From assembly GCA_036310685.1 (NCBI GenBank), contig JAXJRI010000213.1, positions 1 through 63,026 on the forward strand: a stretch of DNA of 63,026 nt. The letters run 5' to 3'. A program made the translations under genes and the position numbers. Below the pieces are notes generated by a model that saw nothing but the letters and a program-made list of their open reading frames with translations, ran no database searches and was not told the origin of the DNA. Shown here one piece after another: positions 37,601 through 46,537 of the stretch; position 1 is the first letter of the stretch, and each line of letters begins with the position of its first letter. The DNA is from Lachnospiraceae bacterium (GTDB taxonomy: Bacteria; Bacillota; Clostridia; Lachnospirales; Lachnospiraceae).

Positions 37601-37999
37601 ATGAATATTGGTTTAGTTGCGAGTGACAGCAAGAAGAAACTGATGCAGAATTTGTGCATCGCGTACAGAGGAATTTTAAATAAGCATGAGCTGTATGCAA
37701 CAGCTACGACAGGACGTCTGATCGAGGAAGTGACGAACCTGTCCATCCATAAGTATCTTTCGGGTGCGCTTGGCGGAGAACAGCAGCTTGGTTCACAGAT
37801 TGAGAATAATCTGATTGATATGGTAATCTTTCTGAGAGACCCTCAGAATACCAAGATGAATCAGGATCCAGATGTTTTCAATGTGCTTCGTCTTTGTGAC
37901 GTGCATAATATCCCGCTTGCAACCAATCTTGCAACCGCGGAGCTGTTGATTAAGGCATTAGAGCACGGCGATTTAGAGTGGAGAGAGATGTATCGTTAG
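37601..37999 (+). CDS. mgsA: Methylglyoxal synthase-like protein with altered catalytic residues
   Basis: AT.TTG, SG.LGG.QQ, IF.RDP, RLCDVHNIPLATNLATAE; ASD and NQDPD replace AHD and PH[DE]PD. Confidence 0.85.
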   Translation: MNIGLVASDSKKKLMQNLCIAYRGILNKHELYATATTGRLIEEVTNLSIHKYLSGALGGEQQLGSQIENNLIDMVIFLRDPQNTKMNQDPDVFNVLRLCDVHNIPLATNLATAELLIKALEHGDLEWREMYR

Positions 38000-38000
38000 T

Positions 38001-38969
38001 ATGAGAAGATGTAAACGATTAATAAGCCTGGGACTGGCAGCGATGCTGGTCCTGCTTTTAGTTAGTGGGTGCGGCGGCCATAGTAAGAGCAGTGACTCTT
38101 ACGAAGCCTACTACAATAGGATTGAGAAGAAGACCAAGTCCGAGTACCGGGGCATGGCAGAAGATCTTGCGGTCGTCCAGGATAAGAATGGTACAACAGC
38201 AGGGACAGTGAGTGCTGATTATGCAGATTTGTGTATAGATGACACGGATAATAAGGTGCTGGTAGCTTATCACTGCTTTGATAAGCGCTATCCAGCCAGT
38301 ATCACCAAGGTGATGACAGCACTGCTTACACTGGAACATGGACATTTAGATGATAAGATCACTTTAAAACATGATATTGTATTAGGAGAAGAAGGAGCAG
38401 TCATCAGCAGTCTGAAAAAGGGCGATACAGTGACGGTATCTCAGGTTCTGCACACGATGCTTATCAAGTCAGCCAATGATTGTGCAGTGATTTTAGGAGA
38501 GTATATCGCCGGTTCTGAGGATGCCTTTGTAGATATGATGAATGCCAAGGCGAAAGAACTGGGAGCTACCCATACACATTTTGTGAATCCGAATGGACTT
38601 CATGATGATAATCACTATACAACTGCTTATGATTTGTATCTGATCTTTAAAGCAGCATGCAAGTATGATACTTTTCAGGATATCGTGTCCTCTAAGGATT
38701 ACACCATGACTTACACGAATTCCGCAGGGATGAAGGTTAACGAGTACATGGAGTCGACTAACTATTATCTACTGAATGAATATCCTCTGCCAGAAGGTGT
38801 GACCATGTACGGAGGCAAAACCGGAACAACTTCCCTGGCCAAATCCTGCCTGATTGTAATGACCAAGAATAAAGCAGGCCATCGGTTTTTCTCTGTTGTT
38901 TTGGGAGCAGAAGATAAGGATCAGCTGTATCGTTCTATGTCCAAATTGCTCCAAAAAACTGTCAAGTAA
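38001..38969 (+). CDS. D-alanyl-D-alanine carboxypeptidase (peptidase S11), lipoprotein
   Basis: Lipobox VSGC; PASITK, SAND, F.NPNGL, GKTG. Confidence 0.92.
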   Translation: MRRCKRLISLGLAAMLVLLLVSGCGGHSKSSDSYEAYYNRIEKKTKSEYRGMAEDLAVVQDKNGTTAGTVSADYADLCIDDTDNKVLVAYHCFDKRYPASITKVMTALLTLEHGHLDDKITLKHDIVLGEEGAVISSLKKGDTVTVSQVLHTMLIKSANDCAVILGEYIAGSEDAFVDMMNAKAKELGATHTHFVNPNGLHDDNHYTTAYDLYLIFKAACKYDTFQDIVSSKDYTMTYTNSAGMKVNEYMESTNYYLLNEYPLPEGVTMYGGKTGTTSLAKSCLIVMTKNKAGHRFFSVVLGAEDKDQLYRSMSKLLQKTVK

Positions 38970-38972
38970 TGG

Positions 38973-39001
38973 TTGTACTTTTATGCGATTTACACTATAA
39001 T
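38973..39001 (+). promoter_or_regulatory. Sigma-A promoter
   Basis: TTGTAC-17 nt-TATAAT. Confidence 0.65.
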
Positions 39002-39059
39002 TAGAGTAACGATAAGTGTTGTATGACTTTCGATAACACATTTTAAGGAGGACTTAGCT

Positions 39060-39476
39060 ATGATAGATATTATTGCAGGAAGTAAGGGTAAGGGAAAAAC
39101 AAAAGTCTTATTAGACCGTGTGAATGAAGATATTAAGAAGGTAGACGGTTCTATCGTATTTATTGACAAGAACAACGGTCATATGTATGAGCTGAATAAT
39201 CAGGTTCGTCTGATTGTTTCTCCAGATTTTGGAATTGACAGTACAGATAAGTTCATCGGTTTTATTGCTGGTATCCTCTCACAGGATTCTGATCTTCAGA
39301 AGATTTATCTTGATGGCTTTTTAAAAACAGCATTCATCAAAGGTAACTTAGACTACGCTATCGAAGAACTTGACAAACTTTCTAAGAAGTTTGACGTAGA
39401 CTTTGTAGTCAGTCTTTCAGCTGATGCCTCCACAACTTCTGAGTATGTGAAGAAGTTCATTACAACTGCTTTATAA
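39060..39476 (+). CDS. Small conserved clostridial P-loop protein of unknown function
   Basis: GSKGKGKT Walker A at the N-terminus, IYLD Walker B-like; RBS AAGGAGG. Confidence 0.85.
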   Translation: MIDIIAGSKGKGKTKVLLDRVNEDIKKVDGSIVFIDKNNGHMYELNNQVRLIVSPDFGIDSTDKFIGFIAGILSQDSDLQKIYLDGFLKTAFIKGNLDYAIEELDKLSKKFDVDFVVSLSADASTTSEYVKKFITTAL

Positions 39477-39507
39477 GAGATAGCAGTATAACTATAAAGT
39501 TAGTAGA

Positions 39508-39547
39508 AGAAGGGATAATATGCCTGATCGCATATTATCCTTCTTTT
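39508..39547 (+). terminator. Rho-independent terminator
   Basis: ggataatatgc-ctgatc-gcatattatcc then ttctttt. Confidence 0.85.
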
Positions 39548-39584
39548 GCAATGTCACCCTTTATGTATTTATAGAGTTAGAGAA

Positions 39585-40532
39585 ATGAATCAGAACTATT
39601 ATTATCCTTATTCACAGTATCTGAAAAATAAATATCAAGAGAAAGTCTACAAACTTCCAGTCAATCTTCCAGTCACCTGTCCGAATCGTAAGGAAGGCAG
39701 CGGATGTACCTTCTGTTCTGAGAAGGGGACTGGTTTCGAGGCAGCCGATGCCTTTCTAGATGTCAAAGCACAGCTTGCCAGATCGAAAGAGAAAGTGGCG
39801 AAACGATATCATGCTAAGAAGTTCATCGCTTATTTTCAGAATTATACTAATACATTTCTTCCTCTGTCGCAGTTGGGAGAGTATATGCAGCAAGCGGCCC
39901 AGGTAGAAGATATTGTGGAGATTGATATCTCCACCAGACCAGACTGCGTGAGAGAAGATTATTTACAGTATTTCGCATCATTTGCTAAGACAAGTGGTAT
40001 CGGAGTGATGTTGGAACTTGGCCTTCAGACAGTCAATTATCACACCCTAGATTCCATAAATCGAGGACATGGACTTGCAGAATTCATAGATACAGTGTTA
40101 AGATGCTATCGGTATCGTATTCCTGTGTGTGTTCATGTGATTTTGAATCTGCCGGGAGATACGAAGAGAGATTCTGATGAGACGGCAAGAGTACTTTCCG
40201 CTCTGCCGATTGATTGTGTTAAGATTCATTCGCTCTATATTGCCAGGGATTCTTCGATGGCAGAGGATTATAAGGCGGGAAAGATTGAGATTTGTTCTAA
40301 GGAAGAATATCTTGACCGGCTGACATCCTTTATTGGCTTATTAAGACCAGAGATTGCCATTGAGAGACTCTTTAGCAGAATCCCCGAGGAAGACAGTGTC
40401 TTCTCTAACTGGGGACAGAGCTGGTGGAAGTTAAAAGATGAATTCGAGGCGATGATGGAAGAGAAGAAGTTAAGACAGGGCGCCCTGGCAGATTATCTTG
40501 ATGGGGCAGGCCTTACCAGATGGGGGTTATAA
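39585..40532 (+). CDS. TIGR01212 (YhcC/YtqA-like) radical SAM protein
   Basis: TCPNR....GCTFC, AYFQ.YTNT, TRPDC, ELGLQT, INRGH, HVILNLP. Confidence 0.9.
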   Translation: MNQNYYYPYSQYLKNKYQEKVYKLPVNLPVTCPNRKEGSGCTFCSEKGTGFEAADAFLDVKAQLARSKEKVAKRYHAKKFIAYFQNYTNTFLPLSQLGEYMQQAAQVEDIVEIDISTRPDCVREDYLQYFASFAKTSGIGVMLELGLQTVNYHTLDSINRGHGLAEFIDTVLRCYRYRIPVCVHVILNLPGDTKRDSDETARVLSALPIDCVKIHSLYIARDSSMAEDYKAGKIEICSKEEYLDRLTSFIGLLRPEIAIERLFSRIPEEDSVFSNWGQSWWKLKDEFEAMMEEKKLRQGALADYLDGAGLTRWGL

Positions 40533-40533
40533 T

Positions 40534-41925
40534 ATGGCAGAAGATAAAAAGAAGAAGGGCTTTCACCTGAATCTGGGGATTGTCGTGTTTGCGATTATCC
40601 TGGTTTATCTGGCTGGGTATACGGTCACTTATCTTCTGCGGCCGAAGCTCGCAGTATATCAGGTGGCAGCTAGCAATATCTCAGATAATATCGAGGCAAC
40701 GGGAGTTGCAATTCGAGAAGAGAAGGTGGTAAATGCTGCTCACAGCGGCTATGTGAATTATTATATTAAGAATGGTTCACGTGTGAGCAAGAACGGCGTC
40801 GTCTATGCTGTGGATAAGACAGGCCAAGTGCAGAAATATCTGCAGAATCTTATGGGAAAGAAGCAGAATATCGATGGAACAGAGAAGCAGGAGATCTTCT
40901 CAGACCTGAGATCTTTCAGTGAGAGTTATACAGATAATAACTTCAGTACGGTTTACAGTTCCATGAGCGATATTAACAATCATCTGATGGCCTACACGGA
41001 CCAGATGCTTGCAGAACATAAAGACGACCTGTCAGATAAATATTCGGGAAGTAATTACACGACAGAAGAGAGTGATGTCTCAGGTATCGTATCTTATACT
41101 TCAGATGGCTTAGAGCTGTTGAAGGATGGAGAGGTCCAGGCAAAGACATTCCAGGATACCAAGATGATGAAGGACCTCCGCACCAATGGTAAGGTCCAGA
41201 AGGGCTCTCCTGTTTATAGAATTACTACCAGTCAGCAGTGGACGCTGGTAGTCGCAGTCACAGACCATGAATACCAGCGACTAACCGCACTTGCAAAGAA
41301 TAAAGTGAAGACGGTCAAAGTAACTTTTGATGAAGATGATTTCCAGACGACCGTGCCCTTCCAGTGTCAGAAGATTCACGGGGATCCTTATGTAGTGCTG
41401 AAGTTTGATAATTATGTCCAGAGATACTTGAATCAGCGCTTTATCAATGTGACCCTCCACTTATCTGATACCAGAGGTCTTGCTGTTCCAGCTAGCTCTG
41501 TAGAATACAGAGAAGCTTATAAGATACCAGCCAAATATCTGCAGAAGGGCGGAGATGAGGTTAATTCCCAGAGAGTTGCGGTATTGGGTAAGAAGGGAAG
41601 ACTGACCCAGAAGAAGATTACGATCTACCGGGAGAAGGGTAATATGGCGATTATCAGTGCTAGTAGTCTAAACAATGGGGATGTCATTACAACAGTAGAT
41701 AAAGAGAGAAGATACACCATCCGCAATCGTATTAAGGTTCCGGGAGTGTATATGGTCAACCGAGGCTATGCAATCTACATTCCAATAGACATTTTGACAA
41801 GGAATGAGGATTATTGTATTGTTAAGGAGGAGGATGAGACGGAATCCAAGAGCCAGATCTTAGAACTCTACGACCGCATCATCTTAAATCATAAATCAGT
41901 GAAAGAGAATCAGATTATCTACTGA
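40534..41925 (+). CDS. HlyD/membrane-fusion-like protein with N-terminal TM anchor
   Basis: TM helix, G..IR.E.V.....SG...Y, SG.VSY..DG.E, GL.VP.SS; conserved position before yggS. Confidence 0.75.
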   Translation: MAEDKKKKGFHLNLGIVVFAIILVYLAGYTVTYLLRPKLAVYQVAASNISDNIEATGVAIREEKVVNAAHSGYVNYYIKNGSRVSKNGVVYAVDKTGQVQKYLQNLMGKKQNIDGTEKQEIFSDLRSFSESYTDNNFSTVYSSMSDINNHLMAYTDQMLAEHKDDLSDKYSGSNYTTEESDVSGIVSYTSDGLELLKDGEVQAKTFQDTKMMKDLRTNGKVQKGSPVYRITTSQQWTLVVAVTDHEYQRLTALAKNKVKTVKVTFDEDDFQTTVPFQCQKIHGDPYVVLKFDNYVQRYLNQRFINVTLHLSDTRGLAVPASSVEYREAYKIPAKYLQKGGDEVNSQRVAVLGKKGRLTQKKITIYREKGNMAIISASSLNNGDVITTVDKERRYTIRNRIKVPGVYMVNRGYAIYIPIDILTRNEDYCIVKEEDETESKSQILELYDRIILNHKSVKENQIIY

Positions 41926-41947
41926 TTCTCAGGAAGGCTAGGAGAAT

Positions 41948-42643
41948 ATGTTAAGAGACAACCTGTTAAATGTAAGAGAGAATATCAAAAAAGCATGTGA
42001 GAAAGTAGGCAGAGATCCAGGGGAGGTCACCTTACTGGCAGTCAGTAAGACAAAGCCGCTTTCCGATGTAGAAGAACTCATTCCAGAAGGCCAGATGGAT
42101 TTTGGAGAGAACTATGTGCAGGAGCTCTGTGATAAGTATGAGAAGGTATCTACTCCAGTCAGATGGCATATGATTGGCCATCTGCAGCGTAACAAAGTAA
42201 AATATATCATCGATAAAGTCGTGCTGATACATTCTGTTGATTCCATGCACCTTGCCAAGCAGATTGAGAAGGAAGCCGTCAAGCATAACACAGACATGGA
42301 TATCCTTGTGGAAGTAAATGTTGCGGGAGAGGATACTAAGTTTGGCCTGTCCTGTGATGATGTTCTCCCATTTGTAGAGGAAGTAGCACAGTTTCCGCAC
42401 GTTCATGTCAAGGGATTGATGACCAGTGCTCCATTTGTAGACGATCCAGAAGAAAATAGATGTTATTTTAGGAAATTACATCAATTGTTTGTTGACATAG
42501 GGCAGAAAAACATCGATAATGTAAGCATGGAAATACTCTCAATGGGTATGACAAATGATTACAAAATTGCTGTGGAGGAAGGCTCCACGATGGTCAGAGT
42601 GGGGACTGCGATCTTCGGTGCCCGCGATTATGGCAATAAATAA
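41948..42643 (+). CDS. yggS: PLP homeostasis protein YggS
   Basis: AVSKTKP, FGENYVQE, WHMIGHLQ.NKVK, LSMGM.ND, VRVGTAIFG.R. Confidence 0.95.
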   Translation: MLRDNLLNVRENIKKACEKVGRDPGEVTLLAVSKTKPLSDVEELIPEGQMDFGENYVQELCDKYEKVSTPVRWHMIGHLQRNKVKYIIDKVVLIHSVDSMHLAKQIEKEAVKHNTDMDILVEVNVAGEDTKFGLSCDDVLPFVEEVAQFPHVHVKGLMTSAPFVDDPEENRCYFRKLHQLFVDIGQKNIDNVSMEILSMGMTNDYKIAVEEGSTMVRVGTAIFGARDYGNK

Positions 42644-42661
42644 TTTAGGAGGTACACCGGG

Positions 42662-43252
42662 ATGGGAAGAGTCACCGACAGACTGATCCGTGTCATGAAG
42701 CTTAAAGATGACGTGGATGAGGACAGAGATGAATTACAGGATGAGTACGATGAATTTGAGCAGACGGATGATATGATTAATCCTGAGCCAGAAGAAGAGT
42801 ATGATGATCCTGAGGAGGATAAACCAAAGAGAAAATCCGTACTTAAATTCCGCAGATCAAGCAGAAAGAAGCAGGAAGATGAGGATGAGTATACAGGATA
42901 TAAGGAGGAAGATACTCCACAGGACAGAACAGTAATTCCGATTGGCGGACCACAGAAAGAGAGCGATGAAGTGAAAGTTATTAAACCACAAGAATTTAAT
43001 GAGGCACAGATTGTAGCAGAATATTTAAAAGAGGGCAAGACTACTATCGTAAATCTTGAGGGAATCGAGATTGGTCAGGCTCAGAGAATTATTGATTTTA
43101 TTGGCGGTGCAAGTTTCGCAGTTGATGGAACTTTAAAAGCTATTTCCAATAACATCTTCATTGTTGCTCCGACAAATATCGAGGTGACAGGTGACTTAAG
43201 AGATGAGATTGTCAGCGATGACGTGCTCTCACCTGAACTTTCCAAATCCTGA
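42662..43252 (+). CDS. sepF: Cell division protein SepF
   Basis: Acidic linker then VIKP..F.EA, IVNL, AQRIIDF..G, IF.VAP.N; follows yggS. Confidence 0.92.
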   Translation: MGRVTDRLIRVMKLKDDVDEDRDELQDEYDEFEQTDDMINPEPEEEYDDPEEDKPKRKSVLKFRRSSRKKQEDEDEYTGYKEEDTPQDRTVIPIGGPQKESDEVKVIKPQEFNEAQIVAEYLKEGKTTIVNLEGIEIGQAQRIIDFIGGASFAVDGTLKAISNNIFIVAPTNIEVTGDLRDEIVSDDVLSPELSKS

Positions 43253-43283
43253 TTGAAGAAGAATCTTCGAGGAGGAGACGATC

Positions 43284-44366
43284 ATGAAGGATATCAGGCT
43301 GAATGTGACAGCTGAGGGGAAACCGGTCTATGATATCATGATTCGGGATTCCTTTGCGGATCTGCCATCAGAACTTGAAAAACTAGAGATTGCAAATAGA
43401 CGTGTCTGTATTGTGACAGAGACGAATGTTGCTTCCTACTATCTTGATGATATCAAGGAACTCTTAGAGGGCAAATGTGCTGCTCTTAGTAGCTTTATCT
43501 TTGAAGAGGGAGAGCAGAGTAAGAACCTCGAGACGGTAGGAAGATTATATCAATTCCTGATCGAGAGAGAATTTGACCGTCAGGATATTCTCCTGGCCTT
43601 AGGAGGCGGCGTTGTGGGAGACCTTACTGGTTTTGCAGCGTCAACTTATTTGAGAGGAATCGATTTCGTTCAGATTCCGACCAGCCTTCTGTCCCAGGTG
43701 GACAGCAGTATTGGCGGCAAGACAGGGGTGGATTTCCTTTCTTACAAGAACATGGTCGGCGCATTCTATATGCCTAAGCTGGTGTATATCAATGTGTCTA
43801 CCTTAAAGACCTTAAGTGACAGACAGTATCACAGTGGTCTAGGAGAGGTGATCAAGCACGGTCTGATTCAGGATGCAGATTATTATCAGTGGCTGATTGA
43901 TCACAAGGAGATGATTGCCAAGCGTGATTTAGAGTCGATGGCAATTATGGTCTTAGGCAGCTGTAAGATTAAGAGAGCTGTGGTAGAGGAAGACCCGAAA
44001 GAACATGGCAAGAGAGCTATCTTGAACTTTGGACATACCTTTGGACATTCTATTGAGAGGATTTTGAATTTCCAGTATGCTCATGGAGAGTGTGTCGGAA
44101 TTGGCTGTATCCTTGCGGCAAATCTTTCAAGGAAGCGTAGCTATATTACAGACGAAGAATACGAAGAAGTTCGTAAAATATTTGGCTATTTTGATTTTCC
44201 TGAGCTTCCAGAAGATATTTCTGTTTCTGAGATTATCGAGGAGACCCATCATGATAAGAAGATGTCTCACGGTAAGATCAAGTTTATCTTGCTTGACGAG
44301 ATTGGTCAGGCAGGAATTCATACCGATGTCTCCGAGCGGGAGATGGCGGAAGCATTTGAAGACTAA
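43284..44366 (+). CDS. aroB: 3-dehydroquinate synthase
   Basis: GE..K, ALGGGVVGDL.GF, PT.LL.QVDSSIGGK, LNFGHTFGH, HGE.V. Confidence 0.95.
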   Translation: MKDIRLNVTAEGKPVYDIMIRDSFADLPSELEKLEIANRRVCIVTETNVASYYLDDIKELLEGKCAALSSFIFEEGEQSKNLETVGRLYQFLIEREFDRQDILLALGGGVVGDLTGFAASTYLRGIDFVQIPTSLLSQVDSSIGGKTGVDFLSYKNMVGAFYMPKLVYINVSTLKTLSDRQYHSGLGEVIKHGLIQDADYYQWLIDHKEMIAKRDLESMAIMVLGSCKIKRAVVEEDPKEHGKRAILNFGHTFGHSIERILNFQYAHGECVGIGCILAANLSRKRSYITDEEYEEVRKIFGYFDFPELPEDISVSEIIEETHHDKKMSHGKIKFILLDEIGQAGIHTDVSEREMAEAFED

Positions 44367-44397
44367 GTAATTATTTTAGAGTTAGAGGGGAACAATC

Positions 44398-44886
44398 TTG
44401 AGAAAAATCAGAGTATTTATCTGCCTTATCTGTGCATTGCTCCTCGATCAGGTGGTGAAGCTCTGGGCCGTGTCTTATCTGCGTGTCCATGGGCCAATCC
44501 CAATAATAAAGAATGTGCTGGAGCTGCTTTACGTGGAAAATCGTGGAGCAGCTTTTGGAATCTTTCAGAACAAACAGTGGTTTTTTGCCTTGATATCTAT
44601 TGTGGTCCTGATTATCATCGCGGTGATCACTCACAGGATTCCAGCGGATCAGCGGTATCAGCCACTCAGGATCTGTCTGTTCTTTATTTGTGCCGGAGCA
44701 ATCGGCAACCTGATTGACAGAGTAATTAGACGTTACGTTGTGGATTTTATCTATTTTAAATTTATTAATTTTCCAGTATTTAATGTGGCTGATATTTATG
44801 TCACTGTGTCAATCTTTTTCCTACTGCTTCTCATCATGTTCCACTACAGTGAGGAAGAGCTGGACGGAATCTTTAAGAAAAGATAA
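44398..44886 (+). CDS. lspA: Lipoprotein signal peptidase II
   Basis: DQ..K, N.GAAFG, GA.GNLIDR, VVDF, FPVFNVAD. Confidence 0.95.
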   Translation: MRKIRVFICLICALLLDQVVKLWAVSYLRVHGPIPIIKNVLELLYVENRGAAFGIFQNKQWFFALISIVVLIIIAVITHRIPADQRYQPLRICLFFICAGAIGNLIDRVIRRYVVDFIYFKFINFPVFNVADIYVTVSIFFLLLLIMFHYSEEELDGIFKKR

Positions 44887-44891
44887 CAAAT

Positions 44892-44955
44892 ACTCACATC
44901 CCCACTTGTAAGCAAGCTTGTAAGCAAGCTTACGTGGGGTGGTGAGTTTTGACAC
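44892..44955. repeat. Palindromic intergenic repeat, family A copy 2, with an internal 12-bp duplication
   Basis: actcac.atccccac...gtggggt.gtgagt arms; tgtaagcaagct at 44907-44918 and 44919-44930; reverse complement matches 1-38. Confidence 0.75.
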
Positions 44956-44983
44956 TGAAGTCACAAATAATTTGAGGTAATAC

Positions 44984-45919
44984 ATGGAAGATAGTAATCA
45001 GAGATATTCCTACTTGATTGATCAGGAGGGTGAAGGTAAGAGGCTAGACCAGTTCCTTGCCGGAGAGCTTGTCAATCAGTCGAGAAGTTATATTCAAAAA
45101 CTCATAAAAGAAGGACAGGCAACAGTCAATGGCAAGAAGGCGAAACCAAGTCAGCGACTAAACGAGGAGGATCAGGTTGAACTGATTATTCCGCCTCTGA
45201 AAGAGCTGGAAGTCCTTCCGGAAAAGATGGACTTAGATATCCTGTATGAGGACGAAGACTTGATTGTAGTCAATAAGCCTAAGGATATGGTTGTTCACCC
45301 ATGTCCCGGAAGATACCAGGGAACCTTGGTCAATGGCCTTCTCTATCACTGTAAGGATCATCTGTCTGGAATTAACGGGGTTCTTCGCCCAGGAATTGTT
45401 CACAGAATTGATAAGGACACGACAGGAGCCTTGGTGGTCTGTAAGACAGACTTTGCCCATCGGTCGCTGGCAGAACAGCTGAAGGTACATTCCATCACAA
45501 GGAAGTATGAGGCTATCGTCTACAATAACTTATCAGAAGAAGAGGGGACAGTAGACGCCCCACTCGGACGGAGTCCGAAAGACCGCAAGAAGATGGCTAT
45601 CGTGCCGAATGGGAAGAGAGCGGTAACCCACTATAAAGTGCTCTCTCATCTGGATCATCAGTTTAACTACATTCAGTGTCAGCTGGAGACTGGAAGAACC
45701 CATCAGATTCGTGTTCACATGGCTTCAATCCATCACCCTCTTTTGGGAGATGAAGTGTATGGCCCTCAAAAAAAGGCGTCAGGATTTCCGAATCTTAATG
45801 GACAATGCCTTCATGCCAGAATCTTAGGATTCATTCATCCTCGAACTGGAGAATATGTGGAATTCGAAGCACCGCTCCCAGAATATTTCCAGAAGATTTT
45901 AAGAGGATTTGGCTTATAA
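44984..45919 (+). CDS. rluD: RluA/RluD family pseudouridine synthase
   Basis: S4 domain (RLD.FL, SRS.IQ), NKP..MVVHP, HRIDKDT, LETGRTHQIRVH, GD.VYG. Confidence 0.92.
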   Translation: MEDSNQRYSYLIDQEGEGKRLDQFLAGELVNQSRSYIQKLIKEGQATVNGKKAKPSQRLNEEDQVELIIPPLKELEVLPEKMDLDILYEDEDLIVVNKPKDMVVHPCPGRYQGTLVNGLLYHCKDHLSGINGVLRPGIVHRIDKDTTGALVVCKTDFAHRSLAEQLKVHSITRKYEAIVYNNLSEEEGTVDAPLGRSPKDRKKMAIVPNGKRAVTHYKVLSHLDHQFNYIQCQLETGRTHQIRVHMASIHHPLLGDEVYGPQKKASGFPNLNGQCLHARILGFIHPRTGEYVEFEAPLPEYFQKILRGFGL

Positions 45920-45944
45920 AGATCTTAAGAGGATTTGGATTATA
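45893..45944 (+). repeat. 26-bp tandem duplication of the rluD 3' end
   Basis: aagattttaagaggatttggcttata / aagatcttaagaggatttggattata, 2 mismatches. Confidence 0.88.
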
Positions 45945-45946
45945 GG

Positions 45947-45975
45947 TTTACAAACCAGGCAGAATATGATATATT
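45947..45975 (+). promoter_or_regulatory. Sigma-A promoter for rpsO
   Basis: TTTACA-17 nt-TATATT with extended TG. Confidence 0.7.
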
Positions 45976-46009
45976 CTGACATGTGCGTTTTTGCACAGAA
46001 CATTATTTA

Positions 46010-46084
46010 GAACCTCTGCTAGGTCACAGGACACTCCGACCTTGGCTTCGTAGGGGAGATTATCAATAACAGGAGGATTTTAAA
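46010..46084 (+). promoter_or_regulatory. Probable S15 (rpsO) autoregulatory leader RNA
   Basis: Nested stems cctctgc/gtagggg and aggtc/gacct in the rpsO 5' UTR, ending just before the RBS AGGAGG. Confidence 0.55.
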
Positions 46085-46351
46085 ATGATCACAAAAGAGA
46101 TGAAAGAAGAACTCGTTGCAAAGTATGGTAAGTCTGAGCATGATACAGGATCACCTGAGGTACAGGTAGCAATCCTTACAGCAAGAATCAATGACCTTCA
46201 GGCTCATTTCAAAGCTAATCCTAAGGACCATCATTCAAGAAGAGGTCTGTTAAAGATGGTTGGACAGAGAAGAAACCTTCTTGGATACCTTAAGACAAAG
46301 GATATCAACCGTTACAGAACATTAATCGAGCAGTTAGGCTTAAGAAAATAA
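46085..46351 (+). CDS. rpsO: 30S ribosomal protein S15
   Basis: [37 protein letters not shown]. Confidence 0.98.
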   Translation: MITKEMKEELVAKYGKSEHDTGSPEVQVAILTARINDLQAHFKANPKDHHSRRGLLKMVGQRRNLLGYLKTKDINRYRTLIEQLGLRK

Positions 46352-46537
46352 TAACTATACTGCAAAAGCAGGACTTGCGATGCAGATGGATATTTATGTA
46401 CAGATGTATGCAGGGATTGCTTTTCGATAGTTAAGCATACTTAGCGCAGGAGTTATGAGAACGTCGGCTTGCCTTTACGGTCTGCCGGCGTTCCTTGCAT
46501 ATATATAGTTCTTATCAGATGAAGTCAGGTGAAGAAT

